Below, one piece after another: positions 49,458 through 59,876 of a stretch of DNA of 59,876 bases. Source of the DNA: Octopus bimaculoides (lineage: Eukaryota); contig NC_068985.1 in NCBI RefSeq assembly GCF_001194135.2, positions 7,375,249 through 7,435,124 of the forward strand. The letters run 5' to 3'. Position 1 is the stretch's first letter. Each line of letters begins with the position of its first letter. A program made the translations under genes and the position numbers. The notes beneath the pieces are model-generated. The model made no database searches. It had not been told where the DNA came from and saw nothing but the letters and a program-made list of their open reading frames with translations.

Positions 49458-50135
49458 TGGCTGTGTGGTTCAGAAGCTTACTTCCCAACCATGTAATCTT
49501 TGGTTCAGTTCCACTGCACAGCATCTTGGCCAAGAGTCTTCTTATATATATATATAATAGGACTCCGTCGGTTACGACGACGAGAGTCCCAGCTGATACG
49601 ATCAACGGAAAAGCTTGCTCGTGAAATTAACGTGCAAGTGGTTGAGCACTCCACAGACACGCCTACCCTTAACGTAGTTTTTAGGGAGATTCAGCGTGAC
49701 AGAGAGTAACAAAGCTGGCCACTTTGAAATACAGGCACTACTCATTTTTGCCAGCTGAGTGGACTGAAGCAATGCGAAATAAAGTGTCACAACGCGTCAC
49801 CGGGAATTGAACACCCGACCTTGCGATCGTGATCCGAATGTCCTAACGACTAAGCCACGCGCCTTATATATGTGTGTGTGTGTGTGTGTGTTTGTGTGCG
49901 TGTGTGTATTTATGTATGTGTGAATATTAGTGTGGTGTGTGTTTCTTTTGTGTGTTGTGTTTGTCCCTACTATCGCTTGACAATCTGTGTTCGTGGACGT
50001 TGTAACTTAGCGGTTCGACATAAACTGATAGAATAAGCACCAAGCTTTAAAAATAATGACTAAGGTTAATTTGTTCTAAGCCCATCAAGGCGATGCCCCA
50101 GCATGGCCGTAATTTAATGAATGAACCTAAAAGAA
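49458..50135 (+). mobile_element. SINE group C split by a group B insertion (head 49458-49533, tail ~49945-50135)
   Basis: Head tggctgtgtggttcagaagcttacttcccaacc...ggttcagttcc; tail tatcgcttgacaa...aacttagcggttcg...ccccagcatggccg. Confidence 0.75.
49561..49865 (-). mobile_element. SINE group B (head type B2), full length
   Basis: The reverse complement starts aaggcgcgtggcttagtcgttagg...gtgttcaattccc (A and B boxes) and ends in the shared group B 3' module. Confidence 0.88.
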
Positions 50136-50175
50136 AGGTCCTAGCTCTTTAGTTGTTAACATATACTATACTTCG

Positions 50176-50390
50176 AAGGCGGTGAGGTGGCAGAATCGTT
50201 AGCACGTCGGGCGAAATGCTTAGCAGTATTTCGTCTGTCTTTACGTTCTGAGTTCAAGTTCCACCAAGGTCGACTTTGCCTTTCATCCTTTCGGGGTCGA
50301 TAAATTAAGTACCATTTGCTTACTGGGGTCGATCTAATCGACTGACACCCTCCCGCAAAATTTCGGGTCTTGTGCCTTGTGTAGAAAAGA
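50176..50390 (+). mobile_element. SINE group A, full length, tail type 1
   Basis: Co-linear with 42613-42830. aacatatacta is duplicated at 50158-50168 and 50390-50400. Confidence 0.93.
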
Positions 50391-51042
50391 ACATATACTA
50401 ACATATCCAACTATTTTTTAGGACGATAGGGTATTTGAGTTTCCATCGTAAGCTAAGTTCTTATTCTTCAATATTTTTTTATTTAATTATTTTCCGAAAT
50501 ATTTTGCCATTGTTTTAGCAGATTTTGGATGAGCAGATCAATGGGTGTAATCGATAGTCGAGTAACACTAAAAGCCTTAAAGTGTTCAAAATTTGAATCC
50601 ATTCCTTGGTTTATAGAATAATTACGTGTCAGATAATGGAATCGAATTAATCTTTCATGAGTCCTTTCACCTTACAAAACTTGTGTTAAATTGAAAGTCC
50701 TAAAACTGTTGCAAATATAATTAGAAGAGAAAACAACACGTGAATATAAATCAAATGTTTCAAGCAGGCAAAATTATCTAGCAACAAATATGTATAACTC
50801 TATCCTAACCAGTAATCGCTATACAAGAGATAATCTTTCGGTGATGCGGGTTCGATTCTATCTTGAAGCATTTTCTCTTCACTAAATATTTTAATGATCT
50901 ATACTGGAATATGATGGCAACGATATCAACCGTTTCTTTCCACTAAATTTAATGTTTCCTGCAAATGAGAATAATCAGTTTCCGAATTTTTTTAATTATA
51001 GTTATTTTCAAACGCCATAAATTTGTTACAGACATTTATTTC

Positions 51043-51440
51043 AGACGTGGTTGTGTGGTAAGAAGTTTGCTTCCCAACCACACGGTTCCGGGTTCAATCC
51101 CACTGTATGACACCATGAACATGTGTTTCTACTGTAGCCTCGGGCCCACCAAAGCTTTGAGGGTGAATTTCGCAGACGGAAACTGAAAGAAGCCCGTCGT
51201 ATTTGTGTGTGTGTGTCTTTGTCTGTGTTTGCCCCCCCCCCAAAAAAAAAGACACACACCGTTTGAAATCAATGTCGATGTGATTTACGTCCCCATAACT
51301 TAGCTGTTCGACAAAGAAGTACGATAGAATAAGTATCAGGCTTTAAAAAAATAAACACTTGGTTCGATTCGCTCGACTACAATTTTCCAAGGCGGTGCCC
51401 CAGCTTGGCCGCAGTCTATCGACTGAAACAAATAAACGAT
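51043..51440 (+). mobile_element. SINE group C, full length
   Basis: Head gtggttgtgtggtaagaagtttgcttcccaacc...gggttcaatccc; tail ccccagcttggccgcagtc...gactgaaaca. Confidence 0.9.
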
Positions 51441-51681
51441 ATTTAGTAGGAAAGCTTGGGATATTTACGCGTTTTACACAAATCAGTTGTGACTTAAATA
51501 ATCGTTGTTTTAAGTAGAATTTAGTAGAAATCGAAACGTTGTTTAAGATGAAATTTATTGGAGGACGAAAATATGTGAACTTTTCAAACAAAGTGACATG
51601 TGAAAATATACAGCTGATCATTGCAGTTTCGTATTTTGCATCGTTTCAAATTTAAACGTATTTTTAAAGATATTTAAAGTA

Positions 51682-51938
51682 CAGTAATCCCTCGACTATC
51701 ACGAGTGTTACATTCCTAAGCCCCACGTGATGGGTGAAAATCTACGAAGTAGAAACAGTACCGTACTGTAGATTCTTTGTTGTTGTTATTTTTTATAATT
51801 TGTATATATTTTCATTTTATTATAAATGCAAGACAATATCACGGAGGAATCGATGTAAGCTTAGATAATAAACCGCGATAGGTGAACCGCGATAGGTGAA
51901 CCGCGATAGGTGAACCGCGATATGGCGAGGGATTACTG
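51682..51938. mobile_element. pogo/Tigger-like MITE (257 bp) with TA TSD
   Basis: Perfect 13-bp TIRs cagtaatccctcg / cgagggattactg, TA at 51680-51681 and 51939-51940, and an internal 14-bp unit aaccgcgataggtg x3.7 at 51871-51922. Confidence 0.9.
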
Positions 51939-52350
51939 TATATGGCGAAGACCGTTGAAGACTTTGCTACACAACCACCGTCTTACCACCAAAGTAATTC
52001 ATAATAACAGCTTCGTTTTAGTGTGTCACATACAGAAACAGGTGCAGACAAGATCAAATGCTTTGTGCTTAAGGACGTTAGACTCATAATCATGAGGTTG
52101 GGGTTTCGATTCCCAGACACTGCAGAGCTTTGTCTTCTTAACCAATTCGTGCCGAAATTTTTCTAATGAATGAAATTGCCTGAAAATTCAGATACTATTA
52201 TTTTGACCTAAATAACAACTGAAAAAAATTTCACTGAAATCCGTTTGACACAGACTGCATACGTGTTAAGAACATGTTTCATTCTTTGATACAGATCATA
52301 CACAAATCACAATTTGTATCAAGTATTTGTTTTATATCCTTATAAATTAA

Positions 52351-52987
52351 GACAAGGAATCCGTCCCTCACGCTATTGTCCAGTATCGGGAGATATCTAA
52401 AATGTGGGCTTATGCTGAACACCTGTTGTCCAGCGAAGGAAGAGCACAGCTGTCGACTGAGTCAATTATAAAAATTGACCCACCGGGAGTTTTAACAAAC
52501 GAAGGTAAGAATTGTTTTCTCACGGTTGTAGCAATAGCGAAAGAGGCAGTATGGAAGACTAGGATAAAAGCAATTAAGACAGGCAACTTTATCTCTGGCC
52601 ACAATTTACGTTCATTTTTTTTACTTTTCGTTTGAAAAGGAAAGTGTGGCTGGAGAGGAGATGTCTGTCGGAGTGTACGTTCCAAAAGAGATGGAAGCTT
52701 GTTGCACGAGTGTTGTGCGTGCAAGGAACCGTGTGAATAGTCAGAAAAAGAAAAGAAAAAAAAAGGTGCCAGCGATAGATCGGGGCTTGTGGGGTCGGAG
52801 CGTGGCCTGATCATCGCTTCATTTGTGTTGTCTAACGTACTGTTAATATCATTCGATTTTTTATATTTTATATAATTTTTAAAGTCATATTTTATGTAAA
52901 CCATTCGCATTACTGATCCCAATCAGTTGTTTTGTACCATTCTATGTTTAGCCCCCCCCCCTTCCCCCCGTGGGCAATAAAGAAATT
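52351..52987 (+). mobile_element. L1/Tx1-like LINE 3' fragment including the 3' UTR and terminus
   Basis: Translates KESVPHAIVQY.EI..MWAYAEHLLSSEGRAQLSTESIIKIDPP...FLTVVAIAKEAVWKTR, which continues the motif seen at ~40460-40560. It ends tgtttagcccc...gtgggcaataaagaaatt. Confidence 0.72.
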
Positions 52988-53155
52988 GGTATTTCGTCTG
53001 TCTTTACGTTCTGAGTTCAAATTCCGCCAAGGTTGACCTCGCCTTTCATTTTTTTCGGAGTCGATAAATTAAGTAACAGTTGCATACTGGGGTCGATCTA
53101 ATCGATTGCCTCCCTCCCCCAAAATTTCGGGCCTTGTGCCACGAGTAGAAACGAA
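52988..53155 (+). mobile_element. SINE group A, 5'-truncated, tail type 1
   Basis: Starts ggtatttcgtctgtctttacgttctgagttcaaattcc and is co-linear with 50230-50390. Confidence 0.9.
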
Positions 53156-53244
53156 TACTGTCATGCGCTAATATTATACTGTTCTGCTAAATGCTGATAC
53201 AATACTAATACTCTGCTATACTCGTGATAAATAACTTCTTACAT

Positions 53245-53450
53245 AGACAAAAATGCAGAAACTTAGGAGAGAGCAATTGATTATATTGACCTCAGCACTT
53301 ACGGGGTATTTATTCATCGACATGGAAAGGAGGTAAGGGAAATGCGATACCGGCCACAGCGGGATCTGAACTCAAGAGTGTAACGAACCGTAACTAAGTA
53401 CCACAAAGCATTGTGTTCGACGCTCTAACGATTCTACCACTTCACTGCTG
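53245..53450 (-). mobile_element. SINE group A, diverged
   Basis: gacctcagcact..ggtatttattcatcgac..gaaagga..gatctgaactcaag..gctctaacgattctacc. Confidence 0.65.
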
Positions 53451-53999
53451 TTAATAATAAAAAAAAACAGCAGTAAAGAGATCAACAGGAGGGCAATACC
53501 AATATTGATATATTCTGAAAAGGATTTTTTTTACAGTAGACGTAAAACGAACAAAATTAATTGGACAGAAACACTAAAAATGTGTTAACAAAGCATAATG
53601 TATTACGTCTATTGTGTTGTCAGATCGTATTTAGCAAAAAATGTAGCAAAGATAAGCTTCTACATAGAGTAAAGAAGATCAATAGAGGCAAAAATATAGA
53701 ATCATAAAAGGATTGCAAACTGAGAAGGGAATGAATGGAAAACTGTAAAAGAAAATGCATTATGTGGTCAGTGTGTCAGGCAAAGAGAAGACACCAAGAT
53801 AGGAACAATGGTGGAAGCTGAAGAACTAAAAATGGAAACAAACCCTGATCGATACATGGGAACAACTGATTAGAACAAAATTTGTGAAAGCAAACATAGA
53901 CAGAAACCAGAATCGTAGTATGTGATGGATATGTGGTATTGTAGATAAAACCGTCAACGATTTATTGTGAAAATGCATTAAGATGGCAGAGAAAGACAA

Positions 54000-55201
54000 T
54001 AAATGAAGGCTCAAACGAATAAAGGAAACGATAGGGGATTGCAATTCAGTGAAGGTGACAAACTGTGAAAAGCTATGGTGCTCAAAAACGACGGCAAGCT
54101 GTCAAGAAATCTGTGCGTATTTCGAAGCCGAGGAACATGCCTAAGAGTCAAGAGACTCATCCCGTGATCGAATCTCTGCAGAGGGTGTTCATAACAGGCT
54201 GATCTTCCAAATACCAAAAGCTGGTTCTTTTTCCAATTTACAAAAGAGGAAATATGCAATAATGTCAGATATGCTTGAAACCAGGTACAAAAGACGGATG
54301 GTGATAGATCTCCGATCAACCTTTTAGGAATAGTTTCATATTTGTCCTATTTCTTAATGTCACTGACCACTTTACTCGTATTCTATTGCCAATTTCTCCA
54401 CACCTGATATTCTGGACCGAACCAGATGCTCAACACTTCAACAAGGTCCTCAGGCAACATATAGTTGCTTCTCTAATGCCTATTTTCAAGCGCACCGACT
54501 TGTCCTGACCAATCTCACATCCCTGTAACCGAACCATATTCCTACAGTTTCGTATGGTTTACCTCGATTTTTGACACATCACAGACCACCGCGGTGATAT
54601 ATCTTCTTAGGTAGACACAGCTCTGCAGTGCACAGATTCTTCTGATCAGAAGAATCCTTTCCCATAGCAAAAAGCGTAAGAATAGATGCTCTACTCTGAT
54701 CGGATGCGGCTCCGAAACGGTGGCGTTACAAGTTCGCTTCTTTTGTCTGATCCTTCAAAGATAAGTTATTTAGGGGACTAATCATACAGACTCAGCTTTG
54801 TCCCAGTTCCCATTCACCCGGAATCCCGCATCTAACTGTAGCCAAAGCACCTTGAATATACACTCAGCCGAGCAGTTGGCAATGGTAGACATAGATGTGC
54901 TTCTTGAAGGGTCACCAAGTGATTCTGGTTAATGCAGGCGCTTGTTTCCACCTAACATTTCGTCAGTATGGTGTAGATACTTCCTGCATTTCTAAGATAC
55001 TGGACAGTGCTGTGGTTTCATTATTCACGTACGCAGACAAGTCTCTCTTGTATCATATTTTTAATGTATTGCTCCTTCACCCATCAAACTTCTGCAGCTA
55101 GGAGTGGCTGTGTGGTAAGTGTCTTCTACTATAGCCTCGGGTCGACCAAAGCCTTGTAAGTGGATTTGGTAGACGGAAACTGAAAGAAACCCGTCGCGCG
55201 C

Positions 55202-55243
<42 letters not shown>

Positions 55244-56770
55244 ATCCCCCCAACATCGCTTGACAAATGATACTGATTTGTTTACGTCCCCGTAACATTA
55301 GCGGTCCGGCAAGAGAGACCGATAGAATAAGTACTAGGCTCACAAAGAATAAGTCCTGGTGTCGATTTGCTCGACTAAAGACGGTGCTCCAGCATGGCCG
55401 TGGTCAAATGACTGAAACAGATAAAAGAATAAGTACAAGATCTAAAGCATACAGGAGCGACATAAGATGGGTCACCCTCGAGAAAACAACCATGTCACTG
55501 ATAATTCTTCTTATATACATTCGTTTAGTTCTTACAATTAAACTGATAGTTAGGGCAATTGTTAACGCTAAGCATCTCTATTTAGCAGCATCCTCCAAAC
55601 AAGAAGATGAATCACGCGGAAAAACTGCACACATCTGCCTAAAATTGAATAGTAAATACTTATCGAAGTTGATCAACGTTTTAGTTACAGATTCTGCCAC
55701 GTCAGCCTCCGCTATTCTGGGCCATCGAACGGTTTTTGTTCTTTCATGTTTCCTACCAAAGACATTAATTCGCGCCATTTAAGCAGCTTCTACAGTAGTT
55801 CGATGCCTTTGCCGGACGTCTTCTCTTATTTGTTGTTTCCCTTGCGTTTATTATTTTCTATCACTATTTGTTTACTACTGTGGTTTTCTGTAGAGATATC
55901 CATCATCATTCGTTATCGGGAACTCACTCGCTAATTCAGTTATTGTAACCTTTCCATACTGGAAACGTTATGTATAGCTTCCAGTAATCAGGCTTCATGT
56001 GTTTTATCTTAGCTGTCAGTTCAGATCATAAATATGGAAATCTATGCAGACAACCTGTCAAAACTGTAGTTATTCTATGCTATGCCTCTCCGCTAAAATA
56101 CACAAAACTCGTACCTAGATACGACGAAAATGTTTCTATACGTTTTCTTGAAATCTTCATGGTCATATCTGGGAAATCCTGTAAGTTCTTGTCTGATTCT
56201 ACAACTTCTTGGGAAAGTCTGTAAAGCTTTTACCTTCATTTGTTGGTTACTTTTGTTGGTTACTTCTACACAGTCTGGACTTTACTCCCGTCTTTATCAA
56301 ATTGATATTAGACTCTTCATTAATTCGTACGAGGAGTGTTTCTTTACCAGAAGTCACACTCAAGTTGACTTCTTGCAAGTTATTCTCTAACAGTAATATT
56401 AATGTTACAAAGGATGATTCTACACACCTGAATAAGGTTGACCAGCAACTCGGAGTTAAACAGCGCTAACCTGGAATTATTACTTTCACTACTTCTCATT
56501 TCTAGGATCAACGAATCACTATCTGGGTCCAAGAAAACTATCCTTGCATCGAGATCCAGATATTTTTGAAAATAGAGTCACTGTACCATCAGAGTCAGTC
56601 GAGCGAAGGAGTGAATCTTGTAGTTGATGATGCGTGTGCATGAAAAACAATCAGGTCCCGTCGGTGGTTATTGCATCGATACGTATTGACCTAAGATCTG
56701 TCAGCAAGTGGTCTTGCTTTCGAATCGATTCAAGATTTCGAGCATCAATACATCATAATCTTAATGTGGC
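54000..56770 (-). mobile_element. Long decayed L1/Tx1-like ORF2 (endonuclease to post-RT), interrupted by a SINE
   Basis: Minus-strand motifs occur in the expected order: CIDARNLESIRKQDHLLTDLRS (~56750), FLDPDS.SLILEM (~56520), MKPDYWKL (~55985), SAYVNN (YADD-like, ~55030), EVLSIWFGPEYQVWRNW (~54420), RSACYEHPLQ..GMSLL.LRHVPRLR (~54170). Many stops and frameshifts. Confidence 0.7.
55101..55432 (+). mobile_element. SINE group C with a deleted head, inserted in the Tx1-like relic
   Basis: gagtggctgtgtggtaag is joined directly to tgtcttctactatagcc; ~60 bp including the B box is missing relative to 51043. The remainder is well conserved. Confidence 0.92.
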
Positions 56771-57910
56771 TATGTAGGACAACTTACCTTACAACTAAAA
56801 CAACTGGTTTTGCACAGAATTCCCAAAGGTCTCCTACAAAATTCATTTTGCTGCCATTTGTTAGTAAAGGACCACGTCATTTCAGATACTTTATTTTAAG
56901 CATTTGCAGACTTGAAAGAGTCCTCACCAGAATTTTATGGATGTCTGTTTGCGTAGAAGTTGACAAGGCTTCTCAAACTCAATTGGTTTTGCGCACTGGA
57001 TCAAAACATAAATTAGACTTCGCGAACTGGATAGGGACAATTATTCCTATAAACCTTATTCATAATACAACCCAAATTAAGTAGATAAAGGGACCAATAT
57101 GCATTATAACAACTTTATTAGGCACAAGTTAAGAAAAAATATGAGATACTAACAAAATATGTGTGACAGGACGATTCTGAAAAATTCATCGACATGGTAT
57201 GTATTGGGTGTTGTTATACCTCGCTGATCACAATGCGCTTTGCATTGTTTTAGCTTTCAAATGACGCCAGCCTGCTGACTATGTGGGGGTGTATTCCTCT
57301 TGAACGGAATGGCAATCCGTTGCAGGGCCACCTATTTACAGTCTGGCCGGCTGAGCCATCGTCGGACGTAAATGTTCTTCCCTCCTATAAAATAAGCGAT
57401 TCTGAGACGTTTCACTAAAGTTGGAAGTCGAGAATCTTCCACAGACTTTGATGTGCGTGACCAGAATCTTTAATTTGACTCCAATCTCCAATCAGTTTTC
57501 CGGAATGGTACACTTGACATTAATAACTCCTTCTTCCCCCACCGTCACCGCAAATAACGTCTAGAAACAAATTTGAGGCAATACAAATTTTAGTAGAATC
57601 TTTACTACATGTCGTTTCATGTAGTGGAGCTTTAAGGTAAATTCTACGAAACGTATCTCTTCTCATGCATTTTTATTCGAATTCTACCTCCATGGCCCCC
57701 AGAATGGGGTGGAATGGTGTAATTTTGTGTCGTGTAATCTGTATCAAGTCATAAATATTTTGGACATTCTTCAGCTCGAACAGAAGCGGAGTTTCTTGCC
57801 CGCCATGTTTCATGGTCCATGCAACGGCACATGATTATCATTTTTTCTCCTTTTTTGGCTTTCTTTTACAACCCAGATGACTACAGACTCAATGATTGTC
57901 GATAACAACC

Positions 57911-58293
57911 GTGGCACTCCGTCGGTTACGACGACAACGGTTCCAGTTGATCCGATCAATGGAACTGCCTTATCGTAAAATTAACGTGCAAGTGACTGAG
58001 CACTCCACAGGCACTTGTACCCTTAACGTAGTTCTCAGGGCGGATCAGCGTGATACGGAGTGTGACAAGGCTGGTCCTTTGAAATATAGGTACAACAGAA
58101 ACAGGAAGAAAGAGTGAGAGAAAGTTGTGGTGGAAAGAGTACAGCAGGGTTCGCCAGCATCCCCTGCCGGAGCCTCGTGGAGCTTTAGGTGTTTTCACTC
58201 AATAAACACTCACAACACCCGGTCTAGGAATCCAAACCGCAATCCTACGACCGCCAGTTCGCTGCCCTAACCACTGGGCCATTGCACTTCCAC
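57911..58293 (-). mobile_element. SINE group B (head type B1), full length, ~11-bp TSD
   Basis: Co-linear with 8440-8824. gt(c/t)gataacaa occurs at 57898-57908 and 58294-58304. Confidence 0.92.
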
Positions 58294-58334
58294 GTTGATA
58301 ACAATAAGAAAGTGTAGATAAGTGAGAGATGCCA

Positions 58335-58354
58335 GTGCTACTACTACTGCTGCT

Positions 58355-58385
<31 letters not shown>

Positions 58386-58392
58386 ATGATGA
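58335..58392. repeat. Compound (CTA)/(CTG)/(GAT)n microsatellite
   Basis: Direct reading. Confidence 0.9.
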
Positions 58393-58811
58393 CCAAATGG
58401 TTATTGAATGTACACTATTTCTTTGCGTGTGACGATAACAAATGAGAATCTATGAGCCATCAACCGAACGATTCGTGGCCATTTGAGTCGGCGAAACTAA
58501 AATACCGAATAATTTATTTACATAATTTAAAACCCAATTCTTTTTAGTATTTTCTGATGTTGTTGTTGTTGTTGTTACTCCTAGTTCTTTTATTTATTTT
58601 TCGTTGTTTTGTGAATTTTTTTCCTTTCTTTTTTGTTTCTTTTCCTTTTCCTTTTTCTTTTTTTCATAATGTTTGTCCCATTTATTTCGTGTCGAGAGAA
58701 ATACTTATTGACCAGTTTTGACTATTATAGCAACTGGGCTTCTACCATCTCCTTCTGTAACCATGGTAATTTCCAGTTCTTCTCTTTTCAATATCATATA
58801 GACGAAATGTG

Positions 58812-59702
58812 ACGATGATGATGATGATGATGATGATGATAGTGGTGGTGGTAGTGGTGTAAGCGGTGGCGGCAGTGATAGTGGCATCGGTGGTGGTGGT
58901 GGTGGTGGTGGTGGTGTTGGCGGTGGTGATTACGATGATGATCGTAGTTTTAATNNNNNNNNNNNNNNNNNNNNNNNNNNNNNNNNNNNNNNNNNNNNNN
59001 NNNNNNNNNNNNNNNNNNNNNNNNNNNNNNNNNNNNNNNNNNNNNNNNNNNNNNNNNNNNNNNNNNNNNNNNNNNNNNNNNNNNNNNNNNNNNNNNNNNN
59101 NNNNNNNNNNNNNNNNNNNNNNNNNNNNNNNNNNNNNNNNNNNNNNNNNNNNNNNNNNNNNNNNNNNNNNNNNNNNNNNNNNNNNNNNNNNNNNNNNNNN
59201 NNNNNNNNNNNNNNNNNNNNNNNNNNNNNNNNNNNNNNNNNNNNNNNNNNNNNNNNNNNNNNNNNNNNNNNNNNNNNNNNNNNNNNNNNNNNNNNNNNNN
59301 NNNNNNNNNNNNNNNNNNNNNAAGAAGAAGAAGAAGAAGAAGAAGAAGAAGAAGAAGAAGAAGAAGAAGAAGAGGAGGGGGAGGAAGGGGAAGAGGAGTA
59401 CCAATGATGATGTAGGAGTTGATATATTAACAAAATGCCGATAAAAAGCTTCTTTCTTTTCTGCTCGTTCTTCTGCCAAAATCGAGTGAATGTAATTTGG
59501 CAAAATATGTATCATCATGAATATTATTAGCGTCATAATTTGGAAGGCATCATTATTCATTATTATCGTCGTCGTCTTCGTTGTCGTTGTTGTCATCATC
59601 ACCACTGTCATCATCATCATCGTCATCGTCGTCGACATTGTCATCAACATTATTATTATGATTATAATAATAATAACAACAATAATAATAATAATAATAA
59701 TG

Positions 59703-59734
<32 letters not shown>

Positions 59735-59772
59735 CCTCATCATCTTCATCGCCATCATCATCATCTTCATCA

Positions 59773-59818
<46 letters not shown>

Positions 59819-59876
59819 TGTTATTATTATTATTATTATTATCCTCATCATCTTCATCGCCATCATCATCAGCTTC
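58812..59876. repeat. Large trinucleotide mosaic (GAT, GGT, gap 58955-59320, AAG, CAT/CGT, AAT/ATT)
   Basis: Direct reading. atcctcatcatcttcatcgccatcatca is duplicated at ~59733 and ~59841. Confidence 0.9.

Noticed and set aside
54700-54723. Hammerhead-like ctgatcgga...tccgaaac
   Set aside because: The core is not CUGANGA, and it lies antisense within Tx1-like coding debris; likely chance.
52351-56770. Twin-priming inversion uniting the plus and minus Tx1-like pieces
   Set aside because: Twin priming places the inverted 5' part upstream of the sense 3' end. Here it lies downstream, so separate insertions fit better.

Overview
AT-rich eukaryotic non-genic DNA, packed with microsatellites and mobile-element debris, with six N-gaps that are all bordered by simple repeats. 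The repeat families (three abundant tRNA-headed SINE groups, decayed L1/Tx1-like, RTE, R4/Dong-like and Penelope-like retroelements, Tc1/mariner-superfamily DNA transposons) and the microsatellite load suggest a coleoid cephalopod, probably Octopus. This taxon call is pattern recognition, not a database result. I found no host protein-coding exon, RNA gene or CRISPR array that I can support. Every recognisable ORF-track peptide is a transposon remnant; the rest are microsatellite or N-gap artefacts or short unassignable ORFs. Most notable: (1) one SINE subfamily carries a 3' tail that matches the 3' end of an L1/Tx1-like LINE relic in the same window, a candidate SINE-LINE partnership. (2) A 600-bp palindromic MITE has perfect 38-bp TIRs, a 6-bp TSD and an inverted telomeric (CCCTAA)5/(TTAGGG)5 core. 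(3) Two SINE copies of roughly 90% identity are inverted about 640 bp apart, a candidate dsRNA/A-to-I editing substrate. (4) The SINE groups exchange head, core and tail modules. All identities and boundaries were judged by eye.
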